A DNA stretch of 64,000 nt. Origin: an uncultured Micrococcales bacterium. GTDB taxonomy: Bacteria > Actinomycetota > Actinomycetes > S36-B12 > UBA10799. Positions within the stretch are counted from its first letter, which is position 1, and each line of letters opens with the position of its first letter. The notes below the pieces were generated by a model. That model was given only the letters and a program-made list of their open reading frames with translations. It was not told the origin of the DNA and did not search any database. The position numbers and the translations under genes were made by a program. Shown here one piece after another: positions 16,674 to 25,061 of this stretch. The stretch covers positions 1,114 through 65,113 of the forward strand of contig CALFYG010000089.1 in the NCBI GenBank assembly GCA_937952095.1, read 5' to 3'.

Positions 16674-18083
16674 CAGCAAGGACGCGTCTCCACGGGCCTG
16701 CCGGGGCGTCATCACCGCATTCATGACAATCCTCGCCCACCCCTGCGTGGACCTGCGACGCAGTGCCACCGCACTGGCCCTGAGGTTCGACAGCCCCTCG
16801 ACCAGATCGCGCGTGCCATCGACCACGCCGTCGGTGTAGATGAGCAGCGAGTCCGACGGCAGCACGCGGGCTTGAACCACGTTCTGCGATCCGGGGCGAG
16901 GAGCTCCGATGCCACGCCCTGTGGCTTCAAGCCAGTCGCAGGAACCGTCGTCATGCACCAGCAAGGCGGGCGGGTGTCCGCCGGACACCAGCTCGACCCG
17001 CCCGGTGGCAGGATCCATCACGGCCGCCAGTAGAGAGGCCCGCGGTGGCTGCGTCTCGGCCGAAAGCGTCTGCGCCGAGCGTGCGATCAGCTGGTCGAGG
17101 GGGACTCCCGCGGCGAAATGCGCTCGGCTCACATACAGGACTTTCCACGCGTCCCGCACAGATATGACCCCGGAGCCCAGGGCGTCGACCACGAGGATGA
17201 GTACTCGCCCGTCCGGCATCTGGCCGACGTCGATGACGTCTCCCCCGCTTGGCGTGTCCGGGCCGGCAGTGGTACCCCACAGATCGAGTTCCACTCCAGG
17301 AATTCGCGGCAGCGTCGCCTGCTGCGGGGAGCCGAGTGCCTTGAGCAGCGCGGTCTGTTCCCGCCGGCGGGCGGCGGCCTCCAGCAGGGCCCGCCGATCC
17401 TGCTCGGCCTCGATGATCGTCGTGACGTCCCGGATGGAGACCAGAGTTGTGTCCTCGTCCACGCGTGAGGCGTAGTACTCGATCCACCGTTCACCGTCCG
17501 GTCCGAGCAGCCGTTCGTCCTCATGCAGGCGCGCGGGCTCGTCGGCAGACAGCCGCCGGGGGTCGTCCATCACACAACCACCCGAACAGACTCGGCCGTC
17601 GGCCAGGACGTGGCCGAGCAGGCGATGCAACGCGACAGAGGGTGCCACGCCCGGCGCGAAGGTGCTCATCGCCGGATTCGCGAGGACGACGCGACCCTCG
17701 TTGTCCAGGACCGCCAGACCCTCGGGGACGGACTCGAACACCCGCGACTGGGTGCGCTTCAGGCGGGTCAGGCGGGCCACACGCAGGTCGATCGCCCACG
17801 AGGCCGCGACGCCGAGAAGCGAGGCGAGCGCCACGTTCCCGATCCGGTACGCCTTGTGGTCGGTGTCGGTTGCGAAGGCCACCGCCACAGCGGTGAGCAC
17901 TGCGGCTCCAGCCACGATCATCGTCTCGCGGGGGTTGAGGAAGAGTGCGGCGGCGACGACCACGATGCCCATGGTGGGGATGAGGACTCCACCGAACTCC
18001 GGCACCACGATGGCCAGAACCAGCAGGCAGCCCAGCGGTATGCCGATGGTCGCCGAACGCAATCGCGGACCCACTGGCGGCAC
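16632..18083 (-). CDS. membrane-anchored PAS + PP2C/SpoIIE-family phosphatase
   Basis: 3-4 N-terminal TM helices. PAS (FESVPEGLAVLDNEGRVVLANPA). PP2C motifs GGDVIDV, VVDALGSGV, LIYTDGVVD, GDASLLLV. Confidence 0.82.
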   Translation of the reverse strand: MPPVGPRLRSATIGIPLGCLLVLAIVVPEFGGVLIPTMGIVVVAAALFLNPRETMIVAGAAVLTAVAVAFATDTDHKAYRIGNVALASLLGVAASWAIDLRVARLTRLKRTQSRVFESVPEGLAVLDNEGRVVLANPAMSTFAPGVAPSVALHRLLGHVLADGRVCSGGCVMDDPRRLSADEPARLHEDERLLGPDGERWIEYYASRVDEDTTLVSIRDVTTIIEAEQDRRALLEAAARRREQTALLKALGSPQQATLPRIPGVELDLWGTTAGPDTPSGGDVIDVGQMPDGRVLILVVDALGSGVISVRDAWKVLYVSRAHFAAGVPLDQLIARSAQTLSAETQPPRASLLAAVMDPATGRVELVSGGHPPALLVHDDGSCDWLEATGRGIGAPRPGSQNVVQARVLPSDSLLIYTDGVVDGTRDLVEGLSNLRASAVALRRRSTQGWARIVMNAVMTPRQARGDASLLLVRLAGAPEQSHT

Positions 18084-18095
18084 CGTCCCTTCCGC

Positions 18096-19649
18096 CTAGC
18101 CTTGCCCCACTTCATCCGACAGTACCGTCTCCGGCGGACTCTCCGAGGCGATCGCCTGTACGGCCGGGCCCTCGAGGACCGCCCCATCGGGTGAGAAGAC
18201 GGACCCGTGCAGTGGGCAGTCCCAACTCTGATCGGCGTCGTTCCAGGCAACGATGCCGCCGAGGTGGGTGCACACGGCACTGCACACCCGCCGGCGACCA
18301 CGGCTGGTGCTCACCGCTTGCGGGGCAGGGACGTGCCGCCGTACGGCGCCGCGACCCTCCTGCGACTCCGAGTCCGGAGTCAGTCGCGGTTCGACCGCCC
18401 AGCCCTTCAGCAACTTGACGCCGACCTCCGCGTTGAGGCGAGCGAACTTGCCCAGCCCGGGGATGCTGCCCGCCAGCCGGGGCTTCAACGCAGCAGCCCA
18501 CGGTTTCTCCTGCCCCGTGATGATGTCGGCGAGGATCAGCCCTGCGGCCGACCCGTTCGTCATGCCCCACTTGCCCATACCCGTGGCCATGAGCAGTCCC
18601 GAGGGCCCCAGCGGCGCCCGACCGATCTGTGGCAGAAGATCGACACTGCTGTAATCCTGAGCCGACCACCGGTGGGTGAACTCGCTTACCTGGAAGTTCG
18701 CGTGTGCCCAGCGGGCGAGGTCGTCCACGTGCTGATGGGTGGGGTTCTTCTTACCCGTCGGATGGCCGTTGCCGCCTACAAGCAAGTACTGTTCACCGGC
18801 CGCCGAACGGGCCGTCCGTAGCGACCGCGTTGGTGAGTCCGCGCTGATGTACATCCCCTCGGGCATCGTCCGGGGGCCGCGGCAGGCCATCACGTAGGAG
18901 CGCGAGGGGCTGCTGTTCGCGAAGACCAGCGTGCGGCGGGGGAACGGGAGCAGGGTGGCCAGCACGACCCAGCGCGCCGAGACGGTCAGTCCGCCGGTGG
19001 TGACCACATGCAGTTCGTCGCCGGAGTCCATTACGCCGGCCACCCGGGTGGGCCACGCGACCGGGACACCGAGTTCGGTCAGACGACCCTCGAGCGCGGC
19101 CACGTACTGACTGGGGTTGATCTGCAGCTGCCCCGGCAGCCGGACGGCCGCCCTGGTCGGGAACGGAAGCTCCTCGGGGACGGACAGCGTGGCCGGCAGG
19201 CCCTGTTCCGCCAGCGCGGCGTGCTCCTGATGGATGGCGCCGACACCCTGCTCGGCGATCGTGTAGGTCCAGGCGTCACGGACATCGTGGTCCACATCCG
19301 CGCCGTCGATCACACGCCGCACAAGATCCTGACCGTGCCTGTTGGCCGTGAGGTAGGCCCGCGCGACCTGAGGGCCGTGGGTTGCGGTGATCTTGCCCAG
19401 CATGGTGCTCTGCTGCAGAGTGACCTTCGCGGTCGAGCGGGTAGTGGTGCCCGCACCCGGCCGGCGGGCCTCGATCACGGCGACATCCACACCCCGTTCG
19501 GCCAGCACCAGCGCCGTCGACAAGCCGATGATCCCGGCGCCGACCACTATCACCTCGTGACGCTCCCCGAGGTGATCCGGGGTGCCGTCGCCGAGCACCG
19601 GACCCCAGAACGATTCGGCACGCCGGGGGATCGAAGGATGATCATTCAT
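18096..19649 (-). CDS. FAD-dependent oxidoreductase fused to a Rieske [2Fe-2S] domain (YhfW-like)
   Basis: VIVVGAGIIGLSTALVLAERGVDVAVIE (FAD dinucleotide fold) and C-terminal CTHLGGIVAWN...WDCPLHGSVF (Rieske CxH...CxxH). ATG 19649 chosen as start. Confidence 0.85.
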   Translation of the reverse strand: MNDHPSIPRRAESFWGPVLGDGTPDHLGERHEVIVVGAGIIGLSTALVLAERGVDVAVIEARRPGAGTTTRSTAKVTLQQSTMLGKITATHGPQVARAYLTANRHGQDLVRRVIDGADVDHDVRDAWTYTIAEQGVGAIHQEHAALAEQGLPATLSVPEELPFPTRAAVRLPGQLQINPSQYVAALEGRLTELGVPVAWPTRVAGVMDSGDELHVVTTGGLTVSARWVVLATLLPFPRRTLVFANSSPSRSYVMACRGPRTMPEGMYISADSPTRSLRTARSAAGEQYLLVGGNGHPTGKKNPTHQHVDDLARWAHANFQVSEFTHRWSAQDYSSVDLLPQIGRAPLGPSGLLMATGMGKWGMTNGSAAGLILADIITGQEKPWAAALKPRLAGSIPGLGKFARLNAEVGVKLLKGWAVEPRLTPDSESQEGRGAVRRHVPAPQAVSTSRGRRRVCSAVCTHLGGIVAWNDADQSWDCPLHGSVFSPDGAVLEGPAVQAIASESPPETVLSDEVGQG

Positions 19650-19657
19650 GCCGGGTA

Positions 19658-19683
19658 GTACCCGCGGGCGGCCCGGGTATCCG
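19658..19683 (-). promoter_or_regulatory. candidate SigB/F-like promoter (near-leaderless) of the FAD/Rieske-PP2C operon
   Basis: Minus strand reads CGGAT-N15-GGGTAC; the hexamer ends 8 nt before ATG 19649. Confidence 0.35.
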
Positions 19684-19686
19684 CAA

Positions 19687-19712
19687 CGTCTGTTCATCCG
19701 CCCACCGGGTAC
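19687..19712 (+). promoter_or_regulatory. candidate SigB/F-like promoter (near-leaderless)
   Basis: CGTCT-N15-GGGTAC; the hexamer ends 9 nt before ATG 19722. Confidence 0.3.
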
Positions 19713-19721
19713 AGACTGATC

Positions 19722-20210
19722 ATGTCCGGCAGGATCCTCGGTCCCGACCTCGAGATCCCCGACGAGTCCGCCTTCCTCGCAAGGGAGCGCCGCGTCGAGC
19801 GGGTGGGCTGGATGGTTGTGCTGGTGCTGATGATCGCCGCCGCGACCGGTCTGCTGGGTGCGGGACCGGCGAGCTGGGCCACGGCGTCCGCGGGCATGGT
19901 CGCCGTCGACTACTCACGCGTCGTGCATCACCAGACCGAGGAGGACCTCACGATCGTCTTCCCCGTCAGCGGCGAGGACGTTGCCGTGGAGTTGCGGGGT
20001 GGCTGGGTGGAGGCGGCCACCATCCGAGGGTTGACCCCCGAACCCTCCGAGCAGTTGAGCGTCCCGGGGGGTGTGCGCTACCAACTGCCGGCCGGACCGG
20101 GCCGGGGCCGGTTCACAGTGGCGTTCCGCATGGACAGGGTGGGCCTGGTGTCCGGGGAGGTGGTGGTCGACGGCCGCCGCGTCGACGTCCGGCAACTGGT
20201 CCTTCCCTGA
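19722..20210 (+). CDS. hypothetical membrane-anchored protein
   Basis: 162-aa ORF with one TM helix (VGWMVVLVLMIAAATGLLGAG). Coding-like composition. No family recognised. Confidence 0.55.
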   Translation: MSGRILGPDLEIPDESAFLARERRVERVGWMVVLVLMIAAATGLLGAGPASWATASAGMVAVDYSRVVHHQTEEDLTIVFPVSGEDVAVELRGGWVEAATIRGLTPEPSEQLSVPGGVRYQLPAGPGRGRFTVAFRMDRVGLVSGEVVVDGRRVDVRQLVLP

Positions 20211-20222
20211 AGGAGGTGCGAC

Positions 20223-20675
20223 GTGCAAGCAGTCCTGAGTGCCGCTGCGGTGTACCTGATCCTGATGCTGCTCTTCCGGCTGACCGGCAAACGCACTCTG
20301 GCACAGGTCACGACGTTCGACCTCGTACTGCTTCTCATCATCTCCGAGGCCACCCAGCAGGCACTGATCGGTGAGGACTTCTCGGTCACACAAGCGTTCA
20401 TCGTGATCACCACATTGATCGCGCTCGAGCGCGGATCGGACTACCTGTCTTGGCGCTTTGCGGGCTTTCGCCGGTGGAGCGAGAGTGTGCCGGTCGTGCT
20501 TGTTCACCAGGGCGCCGCGCAGGAGGCTCAACTGCGCCATTACCGGCTTACACGCGACGACATCCTGTCCGCCGGCCGTCAGCAGCATGGCCTGCGCAGT
20601 TTCGCGCAGATCCAGTGGGCAGTGCTGGAGAGTTCGGGGTCGATCAGCGTCGTGCCGTGGCCGGACCAGACGTGA
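20223..20675 (+). CDS. DUF421 (YetF-like) membrane protein
   Basis: AVYLILMLLFRLTGKRTLAQVTTFDLVLLLIISEATQQALIGED is the typical DUF421 N-terminus. Confidence 0.75.
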   Translation: MQAVLSAAAVYLILMLLFRLTGKRTLAQVTTFDLVLLLIISEATQQALIGEDFSVTQAFIVITTLIALERGSDYLSWRFAGFRRWSESVPVVLVHQGAAQEAQLRHYRLTRDDILSAGRQQHGLRSFAQIQWAVLESSGSISVVPWPDQT

Positions 20676-20700
20676 GTATGCCCGCGGGCCACGCGGGTAG
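20675..20700 (+). promoter_or_regulatory. candidate SigB/F-like promoter of the YghA-like SDR gene
   Basis: AGTAT-N15-GGGTAG, ending 9 nt before ATG 20710 (GTG 20704 is the alternative start). Confidence 0.3.
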
Positions 20701-20703
20701 TGG

Positions 20704-21558
20704 GTGATCATGACGGCGCATCCCGACCAGACGATCAGCTACCCGGGCGACGAGTCGACGATGAGTGAACAGCCCCGCGATGAGATGCGCGACTACACCG
20801 GCAGGGGACTGCTCGAGGGCAAGGTGGCGATCGTCACCGGTGGTGACAGCGGCATCGGGCGTGCGGTGTGCGTCGCCTTCGCCAAGGAGGGCGCCGACGT
20901 CGCTGTGAGTTACCTCGATGAGCACGACGACGCGCAGCGGACCGGTGAACTGATCGAGGCCGCCGGCGGACGCTACCTGGGGATCCCGGGAGACATCAGT
21001 GACCAGGACCACCGGCGGCAGGTCGTTGGCCGGACCGTTGACGAACTCGGTCGCCTCGACATCCTCGTGAACAACGCGGCTTTCCAGAACCCTGTCGACC
21101 GCCCGGAGGATCTCACCCTCGAACAGTGGCGCCGGACGTTCGCCACCAACATCGAGTCGACCTTCTTCTTGACCCAGGCGGCCCTGGAGCACATGCCGGA
21201 GGGGTCCGCGGTGATCAACACGGCCTCGATCACCGGCCTGCAGGGACACAAGACGCTGCTGGACTACTCGGCCACCAAGGGGGCGATCATCACGATGACG
21301 TACTCCCTGGCACAGGCGCTCGTGGACCGGGGCATCCGCGTCAATGCGGTCGCGCCCGGTCCCGTGTGGACACCGCTGATCCCCGCCACGTTCGACTCCG
21401 AGAAGGTCAAGGGCTTCGGCACGGACACCCCGATGGGGCGAGCGGCCCAGCCGGACGAGATCGCCCCGTCCTACGTGTTCTTCGCCAGTGATCGCCTGTC
21501 GTCCTACTACAGCGGCGAGGTCCTGGCCCCCGTCGGAGGCCAGACGATGCCTGGCTGA
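20704..21558 (+). CDS. SDR oxidoreductase, YghA/YdaD (general stress protein 39)-like
   Basis: ...SYPGDESTMSEQPRDEMRDYTGRGLLEGKVAIVTGGDSGIGRAV...YSATKGAI... Confidence 0.85.
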   Translation: MIMTAHPDQTISYPGDESTMSEQPRDEMRDYTGRGLLEGKVAIVTGGDSGIGRAVCVAFAKEGADVAVSYLDEHDDAQRTGELIEAAGGRYLGIPGDISDQDHRRQVVGRTVDELGRLDILVNNAAFQNPVDRPEDLTLEQWRRTFATNIESTFFLTQAALEHMPEGSAVINTASITGLQGHKTLLDYSATKGAIITMTYSLAQALVDRGIRVNAVAPGPVWTPLIPATFDSEKVKGFGTDTPMGRAAQPDEIAPSYVFFASDRLSSYYSGEVLAPVGGQTMPG

Positions 21559-21699
21559 ACCACCAGTCGCGTCCGCGGGCTCTGCCCCGCCGGACGTCCC
21601 CCGGGCGGGCTTTCCCCTTCCGTCCGGCAGGCCGGGAGGGTGTGGCGGCACCCTCCCGGCCACTTCTTTGCGACCAGTTTGCCGACCGGATTGCCGGCC

Positions 21700-21950
21700 G
21701 GGCCAGGGGGTACGCGACACGCCGTAGGGACGCGCGGTGGGTGGCGGCGGAGTGCGTGTTACTGGTTGGCGGCGGCGTGCCTCAACCAGTTGGGTACGCG
21801 ACACGCCGTAGGGACGCGCGGTGGGTGGCGGCGGAGTGCGTGTTGCTGGTTGGGGGCGGCGGGCCTCAACCAGTTGGGTACGCGACACGCCGTAGGTGGC
21901 GGCGGAGTGCGCGGCGGAGTGCGTGTTGCTGGTTGGGGGCGGCCGGAGCC
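21700..21950. repeat. tandem 84-bp repeat (about 2.8 copies) containing CTGGTTG-N14-CAACCAG hairpins
   Basis: GGTACGCGACACGCCGTAG starts at 21709, 21793 and 21877 (exact 84-nt period). Units are near-identical over their full length. Confidence 0.9.
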
Positions 21951-21988
21951 AGGGGCACGCCCATCGGGGCCCGCCCCTGGCCCCCGCG

Positions 21989-23101
21989 TCACTTGGCGGT
22001 GCGGCGTCGGCGCTTGTTCGCGTCGATCTCCTCATCTATGGCGAGGACCTCCTGGCCGGCCTTGGCGGCGACCTTCTTGCGGCTCGCGGCCTTCTGCTGG
22101 TCGGCGGAGTCCGCGAGGTCGGAGGTGCGCTGGCGATTCCGCTGACCCTCCTGGGCCTTCTGGGCCTTCTTGCGGGCGTCTGCCTTCCGGCGCCGCTCGG
22201 TCTGTTCCACCTGCTCGCGCTTGCGCTGCTCGCGGCGCTCGAGGTCCTCGGTGCGCTTCTGTGCTTCAGAGCGGGCCTGCTCCTTCGATTGCTCCGCCTT
22301 CTCGACCTGCTCCTGCTCACGGGCCTGCGCCTCGGCATCACGGCGCTGCGCCTCGGCCTCTTCGGCCATGGCAGCCTTCAGGGTTCGCACCGCGGCCTGC
22401 TTCGAGCGGCCCTTTCGTGTGAGCTCCTCGTTTCTCAGCAGCCCCCCGGCCACCTGCATCACAGTCGCCTCGAGTGCACCGAAGCCCATGGCTGGTGGCC
22501 AGTCGGACCCCTGTCGGCCCGTGACCCTCTCAACGCCGGTCAGAGGCAGTCGCACCGCTGACAGACCACGTCCGAGCATCCGCTCCGAGAAGGAGCCAGC
22601 CTCGATCGCCCCGTTCTCGGCGAGCGCATGGGCCCGCTCCTGCTCGGCGCTGGCCCGGTCGCGGATGTCGGCGACCTCATTGTCCGCGTCGGCACGCTGC
22701 CTGTGGGCCGCCTGCTTTCGCTGGTCGGCACCCCGCTCGGCGCGCTGCTTGTCCTGCGCCACCGCGCCCTTGCCCCGTTGTGTGAGATCGACAACGGCGT
22801 CCTGGGCCGCGTCAGCCTCCCGTTCGGCACGGGTCAGTTCCTCCTGCTCTCGCTTCTCGGCGAGCAAGCGCGCGCGCTCATCGGCGGCCTCCCGCTGCGC
22901 CATCTCGGCCTCGGTCAACTCCTCCGTCAGCTCGGCGCGCTCACGCTGCTCGCGAGCGCTACGGATGCTCTGAGCCTTCTCGCGGTGCAGGTCACCCTCG
23001 CGCTCGAGGTCTTCACTGCCGGTCACCGCGCCGGCCATGCGTTTGGCCGCACCGGTCACGCGGTCCATGGCCTCTTGTCCCAGGGACGTCCTGGAGTCCA
23101 T
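21989..23101 (-). CDS. CsbD-like, highly charged coiled-coil protein
   Basis: N-terminus GAAKRMAGAVTGSEDLEREGDLHREKA (CsbD-like). A second CsbD-like stretch LLRNEELTRKGRSKQA. Long E/R/K/Q/A-rich segments. Confidence 0.65.
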   Translation of the reverse strand: MDSRTSLGQEAMDRVTGAAKRMAGAVTGSEDLEREGDLHREKAQSIRSAREQRERAELTEELTEAEMAQREAADERARLLAEKREQEELTRAEREADAAQDAVVDLTQRGKGAVAQDKQRAERGADQRKQAAHRQRADADNEVADIRDRASAEQERAHALAENGAIEAGSFSERMLGRGLSAVRLPLTGVERVTGRQGSDWPPAMGFGALEATVMQVAGGLLRNEELTRKGRSKQAAVRTLKAAMAEEAEAQRRDAEAQAREQEQVEKAEQSKEQARSEAQKRTEDLERREQRKREQVEQTERRRKADARKKAQKAQEGQRNRQRTSDLADSADQQKAASRKKVAAKAGQEVLAIDEEIDANKRRRRTAK

Positions 23102-23150
23102 CAGTTTCTCCTTGCGTTGTGATTGCGGTCGTTACCGCCGTGTCAGTCCC

Positions 23151-23176
23151 GTACCCCCATGCCTGCTGGGCATGCC
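23151..23176 (-). promoter_or_regulatory. candidate SigB/F-like promoter of the CsbD-like gene
   Basis: Minus strand reads GGCAT-N15-GGGTAC, 49 nt upstream of ATG 23101. Confidence 0.35.
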
Positions 23177-23183
23177 CGCTGTC

Positions 23184-23209
23184 GGTATGGCGCTGACCCG
23201 TGGGGGTAC
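23184..23209 (+). promoter_or_regulatory. candidate SigB/F-like promoter of the 23253-24987 operon
   Basis: GGTAT-N15-GGGTAC, 43 nt upstream of ATG 23253. Its hexamer is the mirror arm of the inverted repeat CGTACCCCCA/TGGGGGTACG. Confidence 0.35.
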
Positions 23210-23252
23210 GCCGGTGGTGAACACACCCCTAGAACAGGAGAGGAGTCCAGAC

Positions 23253-24044
23253 ATGGATGGGACCCCCGGTACGGCACACGCCGACCAGCCCACCGCTGGC
23301 ACCACCGAACCCACCGTGGACATCCGAGAGGAGGCCGCGGCCGATGCGCGCGCGGTCGTGGACACGGCCAAGGACCAGACCCGCGGCGCGATGTCGAACT
23401 TGAAGCAGGAGTTCCGTCGGCAGATGTCGGAGCAGAAGTCCCACGTGGCGGGCTCGATCCGCGAGATCGGTGACGAACTGGAGAAGGCCTCCGGAAGCAG
23501 TTCGGGCACCGTGGCCGACATGGCCTCCACCGCAGCGCAGAACGCGCGCCGGATCTCCGCCTGGGTGGAGGACCACGAACCCGGCGATGCCGTGCGCTCC
23601 ATCGAGGACTTCGCGCGCCAGCGGCCGATGCTGTTCCTAGTGGGGGCCGCTGCGGCAGGAGCGATCGTGGGCCGGATAACGCGCAACGCGATGGCGGCAC
23701 GACAGAGTTCGCAGAAGAACCCCTCGACCGGCAGTGGCGTCGACCATGGCGTTTACGCGGGAGGTAAGCGGGCCGACGCCGATTACCTGGGCCCGGATCA
23801 ACAACTGGTGACCGGCGAGGTGCCTCCGCTTGGCGGGCCGAGCGGGCAGGCCATGCAGCCGCATATGACGGGGCAGCCGGTCGATGAGGCACGGCTGACC
23901 CAGGGGTCCGGACCGCTGGCGCAGCGCGGGCACGACCCCCAGTCGGCGTATCCCAGCAACGACCAGCCCGCGATCGACGTCGGGGACGAGTTGCCGGCAC
24001 CCGGCACCCGGATCGGGCCGCGCACACAAGGTGGCGGGCGATGA
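23253..24044 (+). CDS. hypothetical stress-cluster protein with one TM helix
   Basis: AGGAGAGGAG SD before ATG 23253. ...RPMLFLVGAAAAGAIVGRI..., then a Gly/Pro/Gln-rich tail. Confidence 0.6.
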   Translation: MDGTPGTAHADQPTAGTTEPTVDIREEAAADARAVVDTAKDQTRGAMSNLKQEFRRQMSEQKSHVAGSIREIGDELEKASGSSSGTVADMASTAAQNARRISAWVEDHEPGDAVRSIEDFARQRPMLFLVGAAAAGAIVGRITRNAMAARQSSQKNPSTGSGVDHGVYAGGKRADADYLGPDQQLVTGEVPPLGGPSGQAMQPHMTGQPVDEARLTQGSGPLAQRGHDPQSAYPSNDQPAIDVGDELPAPGTRIGPRTQGGGR

Positions 24045-24487
24045 GTGAGCCCACTGCCGACATCCGTGATCACGCGGATCCGCTGGACGTCCGTGAGACA
24101 CCCTCGGCGGACAACTCCTTCGCCGAACTCGTGGGCAAACTGACCGAGGACACCTCTCGGTTGTTCCGCCAGGAGGTTGAACTGGCGCGCGCCGAGGTCA
24201 AGCAGGAGGCCGTTGTGGCCGCCACGGCGGCCGCACTCATGGCGGCGGCCGGGGCGCTGGGGGCAGTGGCGCTGATTCTGCTGTCCTTCGCGGCCGTCGA
24301 GGGTCTGCAGCGACTGCTCGACATCGATCTGGCCTGGTGCTACTTGATCGTCGGCCTGCTGTGGGCCGTTATCGCGGCTGTCCTGTTCGCAGCCGGCCGC
24401 AAGAAGTTGCAGAACGTGAACCCCAAGCCGGAACGCACCGTGGAGACGGTCAAGGAGATTCCGCAGGCATTGAAAGGACAATCATGA
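24041..24487 (+). CDS. DUF1469 / holin-X-like (Phage_holin_3_6) membrane protein
   Basis: ATGA overlap. SFAELVGKLTEDTSRLFRQEVELARAEVKQE plus two TM helices. Confidence 0.75.
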   Translation: MSEPTADIRDHADPLDVRETPSADNSFAELVGKLTEDTSRLFRQEVELARAEVKQEAVVAATAAALMAAAGALGAVALILLSFAAVEGLQRLLDIDLAWCYLIVGLLWAVIAAVLFAAGRKKLQNVNPKPERTVETVKEIPQALKGQS

Positions 24488-24987
24488 GCACACCCGAAGA
24501 GATCCAGGACGATATCGAGCAGACCCGGGCGGACGTTCGGCAGGACGTCGAGGCCCTGCAGGAGAAGGTCAACCCCCGAGGTGCTGCCGGTCGTGGCGCG
24601 GCGCGGGTCAAGGAAACGGTGTCAGAGGTGACCGACCGAGTCATGGGATCCGCGCAGGACGGTGCCTCCACCGCCCGCAGCGCCGTTACTGCTGCACCTG
24701 AGCGCGTGCGGTCGGGCACTCAGGGCAACCCACTGGCCGTCGGGCTCGGGGCTTTCGCCCTGGGATGGCTGGTTTCGTCGCTGATCCCCGCCTCTGAGCG
24801 CGAACAGGACGCGGTGCGCTCCATACAGGACTCGGGGATCACCCAGCCGCTGCAGGAGACCGCCCAGAAACTCGCCGACGAGGCGCAGTCCCAGGGGCAG
24901 CAGGCGTTGCATGAGGTCGCGGAACAGGCCAAGAGCAGCGCGGAGTCGCTGGCGGAGACCACCAAGGAGAAGGTCAAGGGCTCCTGA
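24484..24987 (+). CDS. DUF3618 domain protein
   Basis: ATGA overlap. STPEEIQDDIEQTRADVRQDVEALQEKVNP... plus one TM helix. Confidence 0.75.
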   Translation: MSTPEEIQDDIEQTRADVRQDVEALQEKVNPRGAAGRGAARVKETVSEVTDRVMGSAQDGASTARSAVTAAPERVRSGTQGNPLAVGLGAFALGWLVSSLIPASEREQDAVRSIQDSGITQPLQETAQKLADEAQSQGQQALHEVAEQAKSSAESLAETTKEKVKGS

Positions 24988-25004
24988 CCCGGTCACCTGT
25001 CACG

Positions 25005-25038
25005 GCGAACCCCCCGGCGCACATGCCGGGGGGTTCGT
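25005..25038. terminator. bidirectional hairpin between convergent genes
   Basis: GCGAACCCCCCGGC / GCCGGGGGGTTCG(T), a 13-14 bp stem with a 6-nt loop. Confidence 0.6.
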
Positions 25039-25061
25039 TCGCTCCCGCGTCCCGGCGGGAC

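Noticed and set aside
21700-21950. Possible CRISPR array (regularly spaced repeats).
   Set aside because: The whole 84-bp unit is conserved between copies, so there are no unique spacers. No cas genes are nearby. It is a tandem repeat, not CRISPR.
21640-22422. Plus-strand ORFs (260 aa, 167 aa) and minus-strand ORF 20644-22035 spanning the repeat region.
   Set aside because: Their sequences are simply translations of the tandem repeat (GTRHAVGTRGGWRRSAC... repeated) or antisense to the real SDR and CsbD-like genes.
23149-23210. 10-bp inverted repeat CGTACCCCCA...TGGGGGTACG as a structured sRNA (6C-like) or terminator.
   Set aside because: It lies between divergent start codons, and each arm supplies an outward-facing GGGTAC with a properly spaced upstream pentamer. 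Mirrored divergent promoters are the simpler reading. An RNA structure is not excluded.
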